A DNA stretch of 64,000 nucleotides, from contig OZ251992.1 of assembly GCA_965246885.1 (NCBI GenBank), positions 1,344,001 through 1,408,000 of the forward strand, read 5' to 3'. Every line of letters starts with the position of its first letter. Within the stretch, counting starts at the first letter, position 1. The notes under the pieces are model-generated. The model had not been told where the DNA came from. It searched no databases and saw nothing but the letters and a program-made list of their open reading frames with translations. This document shows, in pieces, positions 1 to 8,479 of the stretch. This DNA comes from Abditibacterium sp. (lineage in GTDB: Bacteria > Armatimonadota > Abditibacteriia > Abditibacteriales > Abditibacteriaceae). The position numbers were made by a program, and so were the translations under genes.

Positions 1-206
1 AAGTTGGACACGTCCACCGTGTCGGGGTCGAGGATAGTGATCTCGCCGATGCCCGACGCCGCCAAATAGAGGCCGGACGGCGAGCCTAATCCGCCCGCGC
101 CTATCATCAGTATCTTGGCGGCCTTGAGTTTTTCCTGTCCCTCCACGCCCACTTCGGGCATGATGAGGTGGCGCCCATAGCGCATAATTTCTTGATTGTT
201 GAGCAT
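1..206 (-). CDS. moeB: MoeB/ThiF-family adenylyltransferase, 5' part (runs off window start)
   Basis: Manual translation [43 protein letters not shown]...[13 protein letters not shown] and GAGGLGS motifs. Confidence 0.85.
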   Translation of the reverse strand, partial: MLNNQEIMRYGRHLIMPEVGVEGQEKLKAAKILMIGAGGLGSPSGLYLAASGIGEITILDPDTVDVSN

Positions 207-320
207 ATAGTCTGTTCCTTAGATGGCGGGAGCATTGGAAACACGCCCCGCTTTCCCCGCCGTTCCGCTTTGTCTATCTGGTGGGTGGTTTAAGATGGCG
301 CACTTGGCGCGTTCTTTCCG

Positions 321-465
321 CCCAGCGACTAAAGTCGCGGGCAACCTACGGCGAAGTCGGCTTGCGCACATTAACCCCAATTGGAAGAAAAGACCCATGC
401 CGTTTGCGCTTACAGTCGGCGCAGGCCGACTTCGCCGTAGGTTGCCCGCGACTTTAGTCGCTGGG
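321..465. repeat. REPIN-like palindrome (family A, GCGACTnAAGTCGC core)
   Basis: 47-bp inverted repeat 321-367 / 419-465 with one mismatch; intergenic. Confidence 0.85.
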
Positions 466-484
466 CCAAGAGAGGAGATTGGTA

Positions 485-2089
485 TCAAGGCCGCACCGTC
501 GCCGCGCGCGGTTTGACGAAGGCGCGCAGTTGGAGCGCCATCACCGCCGCGACCAGCATAATCGCCGCGCCCAACACGAACGGCGCCCCCGCCGCGAAGT
601 AGGTGAACGCGATTCCCCCCATGTTCGGCCCCACGATGCGGCCCAGACTCTGCGTGGATTGGAACACGCCCAGCACTTCGCCGCGCTCCTGTTCCGGCGA
701 GAACTGCGACACCAGCGACGTGAGGACGGGCGTTGAAATGCCGTTGCCCAGCGTCAAAATGGCGCACGCGAGGTATTGCCCCCACACCTGATGCGGCAAA
801 ATTTTGGCGACCAACGCTACGCTAAGCAGCCCTAACGCCATAATCACCGTCCCCGCGATGACAAGGGGTACCTCGCCCACCTTCTGCGGGAGCGTGCGCA
901 TCAAACCACCTTGAATCAGGAGCGATAAAATGCCAATCACCCCGAAAATGCGCCCGACGACCTGCGCCGATGCCGGTCGCACCAGCAGTTTTTCGACGTG
1001 GCGCCACGATAACCCATCGGGCGGCGCCGTCGTAGTGCGCGCCGCCACGCCTTGCGGCCCGTTATAATCGCCACCGTACGCGGCGGCATAGGGCGTGGTC
1101 GCGTCGCTTGCGCCCGCCGGGACGAGGGCGCCGCCCTCGCCTGAGGGAACCGATGTCTTGGCATCGGCACCCGCATACGTGCGCGCGCGCGCAACCGCCC
1201 CGGCAGGGTCGCGCTGAATCGCTTGTTGCACGGCAGGGCGTGTGTACTCTTTGAGGATGTAAACGGCGTAGATGCCTTGCAGCGTGGCAAAGGCCGTCGT
1301 CGCCAAGAAGCCAATCAGCACCACCGTGTTGAGCCGGGGAATCGAAAGCGCCTTGGTGTAGCCCGCAATGGGCGAGGGCGCCGGGGGCTTGGCCATGTTC
1401 GCCGCCCTAATTTGCGGCGACAGCGTTTCCGGGAGGTAGCGCGACGCCAAAATGAAGTTGAGCACGCCCAACGAAAGGGAGAACATCCCCAAGCCGAAGT
1501 TGCCGCCCCATGCGCCGGGAAGGTGCGTTAGCTCCGAGCCGATGAGCGGCCCGATGGCGAAGGCGATGCCGAACGTGGCGCCGAACAAGCCGAAGGTCTT
1601 CGAGCGTTGTTCGGGCGGCGTGATGTCCGACAGATACGCCTGCGCCGTCGAAATGTTACCGCCGGTAATGCCGTCCAAGATGCGCGCCAGAAACAGCATC
1701 GGCAACGAGTGCGCGAGCGCGAAAACGACATAGCCCACCGCCGTCCCGAAGATGGACACCATCAAAATCGGGCGCCGTCCGTGCCGGTCGCTTAAGCGGC
1801 CCCACACCGGTGTAAACAAGAACCCCATCAGGGAAAAGACGGACGCCAACATCCCCGTCGTGAACGGCGACGCGCCGAACTGCGCCGCATACACTGCCAA
1901 TTGCGGGATGATAATCGAAAAGCCGAGGATGTCAAGGAAAATGGTCAGCAGAATCGTCCACTTGGCTTTTTGACGCGCGGCGTCGTCCATCCACACGGCG
2001 GCATCGGACGCAGGAGGCAGGTCGGGGGCGGGAGAGGGCGCCGCGCCGGTCGGAGACGAAAGCGGTGCGGAGGAAGAAGAGTCGGGCAT
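485..2089 (-). CDS. MFS transporter, TetA/DHA1-like
   Basis: GRLSDRHGRRP motif A, GITGGN, many hydrophobic segments. Confidence 0.9.
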   Translation of the reverse strand: MPDSSSSAPLSSPTGAAPSPAPDLPPASDAAVWMDDAARQKAKWTILLTIFLDILGFSIIIPQLAVYAAQFGASPFTTGMLASVFSLMGFLFTPVWGRLSDRHGRRPILMVSIFGTAVGYVVFALAHSLPMLFLARILDGITGGNISTAQAYLSDITPPEQRSKTFGLFGATFGIAFAIGPLIGSELTHLPGAWGGNFGLGMFSLSLGVLNFILASRYLPETLSPQIRAANMAKPPAPSPIAGYTKALSIPRLNTVVLIGFLATTAFATLQGIYAVYILKEYTRPAVQQAIQRDPAGAVARARTYAGADAKTSVPSGEGGALVPAGASDATTPYAAAYGGDYNGPQGVAARTTTAPPDGLSWRHVEKLLVRPASAQVVGRIFGVIGILSLLIQGGLMRTLPQKVGEVPLVIAGTVIMALGLLSVALVAKILPHQVWGQYLACAILTLGNGISTPVLTSLVSQFSPEQERGEVLGVFQSTQSLGRIVGPNMGGIAFTYFAAGAPFVLGAAIMLVAAVMALQLRAFVKPRAATVRP

Positions 2090-2107
2090 GAAAAACGAAG
2101 GAAAAGG

Positions 2108-3367
2108 TTAGCAAGCCGCTCGCCGTTTCTCCATCACCACGATATATTCCCGGCTCATCGTCGCTTCGAGGGCGCCGACGATGTTCGTGGGGCTGTTGCG
2201 CGCGGGCATGCGTTTGCCGGGAATGGCGCGAGTGTGCGTCGCTTGCCACGCGAAGCCGTGCGCCTCGAAAGCGCACTTTACCGCGTCGTCGGTTGGGAGT
2301 TCCACGCCCTTCACGCGGCGGTTGCCCACCACATAACAAACGTGACCGCCCATGCGCACCTTGGCCGCCACATGCGCGATGGAATCTTCCAAGTCCGCGT
2401 AGAAGGCCGCAACCTCTTCGCCGCGCCGCGCGTCCACCGTTTCAACGGCGCGAAGCGCCGCTTCTAAGGTAGGCGACGCAAAGCCCCGCTTCCCTTTTAG
2501 CGCGCGCCCGCCCATCAGCTTGCGGTCAACGCCCTCCAACTCCGCGAATCCCAACCACGCCGAAGACAGCCGCGAATACTGCCCATAAGCGACGGTCGTT
2601 GTCGAATCGCCATACGGCGGCGAGGTGAGCACCAAATCCACCGAGCCATCGGCTAACGCCGCGTCGGGAACCCCCTCGACCGTATTGAAAGCGCAAACCC
2701 GCAACTCCCCCGCGCACGGCACGCGCGCCATCTGAGCCAAAAAGTCCCGCAAACCCGCTAAGTTGCGGCGCACCTTGGCGCGCATGAGCGCGAACACGTC
2801 GGGTGAGAATTGCTCCAAGTCGCTCGCGCTTTTGCGGTACAGCTTGAACTCGTGCGGGCGCGTGTTGGAGCTTTCTCGCACCGTCTCGCTCCACGCCACC
2901 TGAAAAAAGCGCCGTACGTCCGCGTCCTCAACCGTTCCAATCCACGCCCCAATGTGCGCCAAGGGCGCCGACACGCGCGGCGCAAACCAAAACTCCAAGC
3001 GCGCTATCCCCGGCACGCTTTGCGGCGCATCTCCAACGGGCAAAGCCAAATGCGCTTCCAGCCGCTTCATTGCCGCCTCGACTGCATCGGGCGAAACAAC
3101 GCTCGCTTTGGCGTGCGCAATCAATCGCGCGAGCGGGTTCAAGTCCGTGCCCACCACATTCATCCCCGCTAAACGCCCCTCCACAAGAGAAGTGCCCGTC
3201 CCACAATACGGGTCGAACAGCACCCCGCCCGCCACCCCGAATTGCCCCAACAACCGCCGCGCCACTTGGGGAATCATGCGCGCCGGATAATCGTGGTAGC
3301 AGTGCGTGATGTCGCGCGTGTTGGCACGGGCAAACGTCCACTCGTCGGCGTCGTCTTCGCTCGTCAC
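2108..3367 (-). CDS. DNA (cytosine-N4)-methyltransferase, orphan
   Basis: YPARMIP (motif X), FDPYCGTGT (motif I, SAM binding), TSPPY (motif IV); alpha-type motif order. Confidence 0.85.
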   Translation of the reverse strand: MTSEDDADEWTFARANTRDITHCYHDYPARMIPQVARRLLGQFGVAGGVLFDPYCGTGTSLVEGRLAGMNVVGTDLNPLARLIAHAKASVVSPDAVEAAMKRLEAHLALPVGDAPQSVPGIARLEFWFAPRVSAPLAHIGAWIGTVEDADVRRFFQVAWSETVRESSNTRPHEFKLYRKSASDLEQFSPDVFALMRAKVRRNLAGLRDFLAQMARVPCAGELRVCAFNTVEGVPDAALADGSVDLVLTSPPYGDSTTTVAYGQYSRLSSAWLGFAELEGVDRKLMGGRALKGKRGFASPTLEAALRAVETVDARRGEEVAAFYADLEDSIAHVAAKVRMGGHVCYVVGNRRVKGVELPTDDAVKCAFEAHGFAWQATHTRAIPGKRMPARNSPTNIVGALEATMSREYIVVMEKRRAAC

Positions 3368-3906
3368 GGCTCCTCCGTTTCCGCTTCGCCCTCAAACTCC
3401 AAACGCAGCGTTTTGTAGGATAGATACAGCCTTAGGGGATTGTGCGGGGAGGCGATCATATCGAACCGTTCGTAGAACGCTTTGGCTTCCTCGTCTTTGG
3501 CGTCCACGACGAAAAAGCGCACGGGCGCGGCTCCGGCTTGCATCACGGCCCATGTGCGGCGCAAAGCATCAGTGAACAGCGAACGCCCCAAACCGCGCCC
3601 TTGAAACTCCTTGTCAATGGCAAAGCGAGCCATCAGCATCGCCGGGATAGAGGATGGCATCCCGCGCCCCAGCTTTTTGGGCGCCTCGGCTTGTAGCGTT
3701 GCGCTGTGGGCAAGGGTGTAATACCCAACGACGCGGGCGCCAACCGTCGCCACATACGTGCGCGACAGCATGGCATTTTGCTTGTCGAGCGCGTGCCGCT
3801 TCAGGAACTCATCGAGAGACGGCTTGCCACAATCGAAAGCGGACACCTCATGCCCGGCGTGGAGTGTTTGCGGCGCTTGAAGGTCAAACATCTTCCGTTT
3901 GGGCAT
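3364..3906 (-). CDS. GNAT acetyltransferase toxin (TacT/AtaT-like)
   Basis: FDCGKPSLDEFL, VVGYYTL, ARFAIDKEFQGRGLG, VDAKDEEAKAFYERF; directly downstream of DUF1778 gene. Confidence 0.88.
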   Translation of the reverse strand: MPKRKMFDLQAPQTLHAGHEVSAFDCGKPSLDEFLKRHALDKQNAMLSRTYVATVGARVVGYYTLAHSATLQAEAPKKLGRGMPSSIPAMLMARFAIDKEFQGRGLGRSLFTDALRRTWAVMQAGAAPVRFFVVDAKDEEAKAFYERFDMIASPHNPLRLYLSYKTLRLEFEGEAETEEP

Positions 3907-4186
3907 CCCAGACCGGCGTTTGCGCCAACGCCGCGCGTAGGCGTGGGGCGGGTGTGGCCGGTTCGTCCATGACTTGATAGAGCCATGCGAGTTCTTCGGG
4001 AGATACGAGGATGCGGCTCTCTTGTTCGATGACTTGTTGGGCGGCGCTCAAGGAGGCTTGCAACACGAACTGGCTGACGTTCATGTGCTGCGCGGTGGCG
4101 GCGCGCGCGAGCACGGATTTTTGACCCGAATTGGCGCGGATGGAAAGTCGCTCTTCTTTTTGAGAGGTGGCGGCGATGCGGGACAT
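3884..4186 (-). CDS. DUF1778 RHH antitoxin (TacA/AtaR-like)
   Basis: 100 aa, KEERLSIRA...LARAA...NVSQFVL...PAPRLRAAL; overlaps toxin start. Confidence 0.85.
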   Translation of the reverse strand: MSRIAATSQKEERLSIRANSGQKSVLARAATAQHMNVSQFVLQASLSAAQQVIEQESRILVSPEELAWLYQVMDEPATPAPRLRAALAQTPVWDAQTEDV

Positions 4187-4334
4187 GGCGAAATTCTTTA
4201 TTTTGATTTTAGCAAAATGTGCGTCCATTGGCCATCCGCTAATCAGTATGCGGTGCGGCTGTCCGTTGTCACTTTTCAAGGCGTTCTCTTCGCGTAAGGG
4301 AGGTCGGCGACTCGGTAACAGGCCTCTGTCACTG

Positions 4335-4439
4335 GCCGACATATGCGTGGGAATCGCTGGCGCATGCGTGGGAATCAGTGGCGCATGTGCGGGAATCGCT
4401 GACGCGTGTGCGGGGATCAGTGGCGCGCGCAGGCGGATG
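4335..4439. repeat. Degenerate 21-bp tandem array (~5 units)
   Basis: Units such as gctggcgcatgcgtgggaatc / agtggcgcatgtgcgggaatc. Confidence 0.8.
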
Positions 4440-4474
4440 GCCGGCGCGGGTCTCTCTTAGACTGGCAACGCATA

Positions 4475-5647
4475 ATGCAGCGTTTGCGGGTGGGGGTTAT
4501 CGGGGTGGGGAGCGCGGTGGAGTGGGCGATTCTGCCGACTTTGACGGGGCCGGATGCGCTCGCGGCGCCGGATTCGGGGGCGTGGTGGAGCCGCAGGCCG
4601 TCGCCCTCAAGCGATATTCGCTATAACCCGCCAACTTTGCCCGAAGTGGTGGCGCTGTGCGAGGGCGAGGCGGATGGTGCGAAAGTCTCGCCGCGTTTAG
4701 AAGCGCTCGCGCGCGGCGCGAAAGGGGCCGCGCTATACCCCGACGCCTTGTCCATGCTACGCGAAAGCGCCTTGGATGTGGTGTTTCTCGACAGTGAGGC
4801 AGAGCTACAACCGGCGGACTTGGTGGAACTGGTCGCGCGCGCGCCGGGAACACTGAACGGGGTGGCTTCTCCCAAGTGGGTGTGGATAGATGGCCCGCCG
4901 ACGCGCTCGTGTGCGGGCCTGAACCGCTTCGCGCGGGTGGCGGGGCTGCCGAGTCTGTGGATGGCGCACCCGCTTCGTCGCGCTCCGGCGCATCGGGCGG
5001 CGCGGCGGTTGGTGGAGCGCGACGGCATTGGAAGTGTGACGGCGGTGCAAGCGCGCTTTCCGTTTCCGCTCGACGAGGCGCGCTTTGAAGCGGTGTATGC
5101 GGCGTTTGATCTGATGCTGTCGTTCTTTGGCAACGCGCTCGCACCGCGCCAGATATGGGCGACGCGGCACGGCGACGGCGCGACGCAGGTGCTGCTCCTG
5201 TTGGGGGGCGGCGCGCATATCAGCGCGCTGTTTGGTGCCGCCGATACGTGGAACTCGCCGCTACCGCGCTTGGAAGCGTGCGGAACGCAGGGTCGCTTTT
5301 TGGTGTGCGAGGCGGGGCGCACGCTCACGCACTACGTGCCCCGCGAAGGCGCCCGCACCTTTGAGCCGCCGGGGTTGGCGCCGCACGTATCGGGCGCGAA
5401 CCTGAGCGGCTACGGCGAGGACATCAAGGCGTTTTTAAGCGTGTGCGCGGACAATCCGGCGCCGCTCAACGCCGAGCGCGCCCTCGACGATGCCGCGCGC
5501 GCCTTGTCGGTGGTCGAAGCGGCGTTTCTGTCGCTCGTGGAGCACCGCCCCGTCACGGTCGAGCCGCGCGGCGTGCGCTATAACGCCGAGCTATTGCAAG
5601 CCGAGCCGGAGCTACCCGCGCGCAACTTGACCTTGGAGTTGGTGTAA
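4475..5647 (+). CDS. Gfo/Idh/MocA-like oxidoreductase (divergent)
   Basis: N-terminal RVGVIGVG Rossmann motif; GIGSVTAVQARF segment; start chosen at ATG 4475. Confidence 0.65.
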   Translation: MQRLRVGVIGVGSAVEWAILPTLTGPDALAAPDSGAWWSRRPSPSSDIRYNPPTLPEVVALCEGEADGAKVSPRLEALARGAKGAALYPDALSMLRESALDVVFLDSEAELQPADLVELVARAPGTLNGVASPKWVWIDGPPTRSCAGLNRFARVAGLPSLWMAHPLRRAPAHRAARRLVERDGIGSVTAVQARFPFPLDEARFEAVYAAFDLMLSFFGNALAPRQIWATRHGDGATQVLLLLGGGAHISALFGAADTWNSPLPRLEACGTQGRFLVCEAGRTLTHYVPREGARTFEPPGLAPHVSGANLSGYGEDIKAFLSVCADNPAPLNAERALDDAARALSVVEAAFLSLVEHRPVTVEPRGVRYNAELLQAEPELPARNLTLELV

Positions 5648-5653
5648 ACGCCC

Positions 5654-6409
5654 ATGAACTTTCCGACGCTGTTTCAAAACCCATCCGGTTCCCCGACGCT
5701 GGTTTGTCTGCCGTATTTCGGCGGGTCGGCGCGCTCGTTTGGGGCGCTGTGGCCCCTCCTTCCGGCGTCGTGGGGGTTGCGGGCGTACACGATGGAAGGC
5801 ATCGGGATGGAGAACGGCGTTTATTCGTTGGACGCGGCGTTCGAGCAACTATCCCTCGCGCTACGGCGGGACATAACGGGGCCGTTTCATCTGCTCGGTC
5901 ATTCGATGGGCGGCAAGCTGGCACTGGGCATGGCGGCGTTGGGGGTGCCCAACTTGGAAAGCGTGCTCTTGGTGGCGCCGTCGCCGCCTTCGCCGGAACC
6001 GATGAGCGACGCCGCGCGATCGGGGATGGTGGCGCGGCACGGCACGCGGGCGGGGGCGTTGGAAACGGTTCGCCTCGCGTCGCACCGGCCATTGCCGCCA
6101 GAACTGCTGGAAATCGCGGTCGAAGACGACCTCGCCACATCGGAAACGGACTGGGTGAACTGGTTGGATGTCGGCGCGAGCGCCGACTACTCGACGCTTT
6201 TGGAGCGGGTGCAGGTTCCCTTGCGCATAGCGGTGGGCGCCCGCGACGACGGCATGACGGCGCGCCTGATGGAGGAAACGATCATCGCGCCACTGCGGGC
6301 CTTTAACGGCGCGCAAACGCCGCTCGAAATCATCCCGGACGCGGGGCACCTGCTACCGATGGAAGCGCCGCACGAACTAAACGATTGGCTGCGCGCGTGG
6401 GTGTCCTAA
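5654..6409 (+). CDS. Alpha/beta hydrolase
   Basis: GHSMGG nucleophile elbow, GARDD acid, AGHLLPMEAP catalytic His. Confidence 0.9.
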   Translation: MNFPTLFQNPSGSPTLVCLPYFGGSARSFGALWPLLPASWGLRAYTMEGIGMENGVYSLDAAFEQLSLALRRDITGPFHLLGHSMGGKLALGMAALGVPNLESVLLVAPSPPSPEPMSDAARSGMVARHGTRAGALETVRLASHRPLPPELLEIAVEDDLATSETDWVNWLDVGASADYSTLLERVQVPLRIAVGARDDGMTARLMEETIIAPLRAFNGAQTPLEIIPDAGHLLPMEAPHELNDWLRAWVS

Positions 6410-6577
6410 TGATAGTTACCGATAACGGGTGCAGAAGCGCCGCAGAAAATTCAAGAGCGGGAGCGGGAAGTGGTAGAATGGGAAGCACCGATTTGCTATT
6501 CGACTTCGCATAGCAAAGCACCTAACGCCACACTCCGCGCTTTTTCGGAAGCGCACATCGCTGCTTTTCCTGCTGTT

Positions 6578-7840
6578 ATGCCCACCGTTTCACCGGTCGT
6601 TGCGCCGCCGCATCCCGTTGCTTCTTCCACTTCTTCGCCCCGCCGTTTGATTCCACCGTTGGGCCGTTTGCGCGACCTCGAACTGGAGCGGGCGCACGCC
6701 GCCGCCCGCCGACGTGCCCGCAAACGACAACGCCAGAGTTTGATGCTCCGCTTGGGCTTGGCGGCCTGTCTCGCCCTGCCGTCATTGTGGCTGGGCGCTA
6801 AGGCTTGGAGCCAAAGTGCGGGTTGGCCGCGCGGCGCGGGGTTTTCGCTCGCCGCCCCCGTGGGACGCGCGCCCGTTTATGCGGGGGCGGGGAAGTGGCT
6901 GTTTGCGGGCGCCGATGGGGGAGTGTGGCGCGCGGGCCAAAGCGCGGCGCCGGTTCGGTTGTGGGCATGCGCATTTCCCGCCGCGCCGCATGTTGTTCCC
7001 GTTGGCGCGGATGTCGTCGTCGCGGGCGGTGATGGCGCGCTCGTTCGCTTTGATGCCGGGGAACACGTTCAATGGAGCGCACACACTGGGCGGACGATGG
7101 CGGCGCGGCCCGTTGTGTGCGCCGATGGGGCGCAGAGCCTCTTAGTTGGTGCCGATGATGACGGACATCTGTGGGCGCGCGACGCCGGAACGGGCAAGGA
7201 AGTGTGGGACAGGCAAGCGGGCGCTCCCGTTGGCGAGGGGTTATGCGCGACGCCTTGGGGCGTGGTGGCGCCCTTGTTGGGGGGCACTTCCGGGCGCGGC
7301 GGGTTGCGTTGCTTTGGGGTAGGGAATGGCGCCGCCCGGTGGAGCTTTCCATTTAATGGACGCGAGCGGGCGGCGGGCACGGCGACGCCACGCTTGGATG
7401 CCGCAACGAACCGCCTGTTTTGGTGCAACGACGAGGGCGCCGTCTTCGCGCTGGACGCGCGCACGGGCCGCAAGATTTGGAAAAGCTGGGCGCGTCCCGT
7501 TGGATCTTCCGCCGCGTGCGTCGTGCTACGCTCATCGCCGGTCTTGGTGGATGGAAAGGTGGTTGTCGGCGGAAGTGACGGGGTGTTGCGGGCTTACGAT
7601 GCGCGCGACGGACGGGCCGTGTGGGTGCGCAATATGGGGCAACCGCTTGCTTCGCCCCTTGGCAAAGCGCGCTGGCAAGGGCGCGCGGTGGTGGTTGTGG
7701 GGGATAACCCGGTCGTGTTAGTGGACGCGCAAAGTGGCGAAGAGGTGCGGGCGTTTGGGGCGGGCGTTGCGGCGTGGAATGGGCGGGAGTGGGCCGCGAT
7801 AGGGGCCAGTGGCGGTGGATATTTGTGGCGCGCGGATTAA
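6578..7840 (+). CDS. Membrane-anchored PQQ-like beta-propeller protein
   Basis: Repeated ALDARTG..W / AYDARDG..W blades after an N-terminal hydrophobic segment; start uncertain. Confidence 0.8.
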   Translation: MPTVSPVVAPPHPVASSTSSPRRLIPPLGRLRDLELERAHAAARRRARKRQRQSLMLRLGLAACLALPSLWLGAKAWSQSAGWPRGAGFSLAAPVGRAPVYAGAGKWLFAGADGGVWRAGQSAAPVRLWACAFPAAPHVVPVGADVVVAGGDGALVRFDAGEHVQWSAHTGRTMAARPVVCADGAQSLLVGADDDGHLWARDAGTGKEVWDRQAGAPVGEGLCATPWGVVAPLLGGTSGRGGLRCFGVGNGAARWSFPFNGRERAAGTATPRLDAATNRLFWCNDEGAVFALDARTGRKIWKSWARPVGSSAACVVLRSSPVLVDGKVVVGGSDGVLRAYDARDGRAVWVRNMGQPLASPLGKARWQGRAVVVVGDNPVVLVDAQSGEEVRAFGAGVAAWNGREWAAIGASGGGYLWRAD

Positions 7841-7912
7841 GTTTGGCGAGCGGATGTTTAAAAATCGGAGAAAGTGGGTAGAATAGCCCATCCAAAATCT
7901 TGGACAACAACG

Positions 7913-8335
7913 ATGACGGACAATTCTACCCTTTCTCGCGGCGTCGTGGTGCGGCTGTTGGCTTACGGCGCGATGGTGCGTCTCGATGACGGCACGACTG
8001 GTTTGGTTCACATTTCTGAGATAGACGAGAAGTTCGTCGCCAGCGTCGGCGACTACCTCGCCGTCGGCACGCGCGTCGTGGTCAAGACCATCGCGGTCAA
8101 GGACGACGGCAAAGTTGAGTTTTCCATCAAGCGCGCCAAAGGCGGGGCGCCCTGCGAGGAACCCATCGAAGAGTTCGGCGCGCAGGAGCCGATGTTCCAA
8201 GACCCCGCCCCCGTCGTGCGCACGGGTCGCGCCGCCTTGGACGAAAAGCTGCGCGAGTTTATGGCCGATTCGACAGAACGCTTGGGCGATGTGCGCCGCC
8301 ACAACGAAACCAAGTTAGGATTGAAACGCCGGTAG
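7913..8335 (+). CDS. S1 RNA-binding domain protein (YabR/GSP13-like)
   Basis: YGAMVRLDDGTTGLVHISEI S1 motif; C-terminal LDEKLREFMADSTERL. Confidence 0.88.
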   Translation: MTDNSTLSRGVVVRLLAYGAMVRLDDGTTGLVHISEIDEKFVASVGDYLAVGTRVVVKTIAVKDDGKVEFSIKRAKGGAPCEEPIEEFGAQEPMFQDPAPVVRTGRAALDEKLREFMADSTERLGDVRRHNETKLGLKRR

Positions 8336-8343
8336 CCCTTGGA

Positions 8344-8445
8344 AGCGGCTAAAGTCGCAGCCATCGGAACTGTCGGCCTTCGCCGACAGGGTGCCTTCTT
8401 GGTCAACGAAGGTTGACGTTCTTGCTGGCTACGACTTCAGTCGCT
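8344..8445. repeat. REPIN-like palindrome (family A)
   Basis: Outer IR agcggctaaagtcgcagcca / tggctacgacttcagtcgct enclosing hairpins gtcggccttcgccgac and gtcaacgaaggttgac. Confidence 0.8.
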
Positions 8446-8479
8446 CTCCACGGCGGGCAATGGGTAAAATAAGGGTTTC

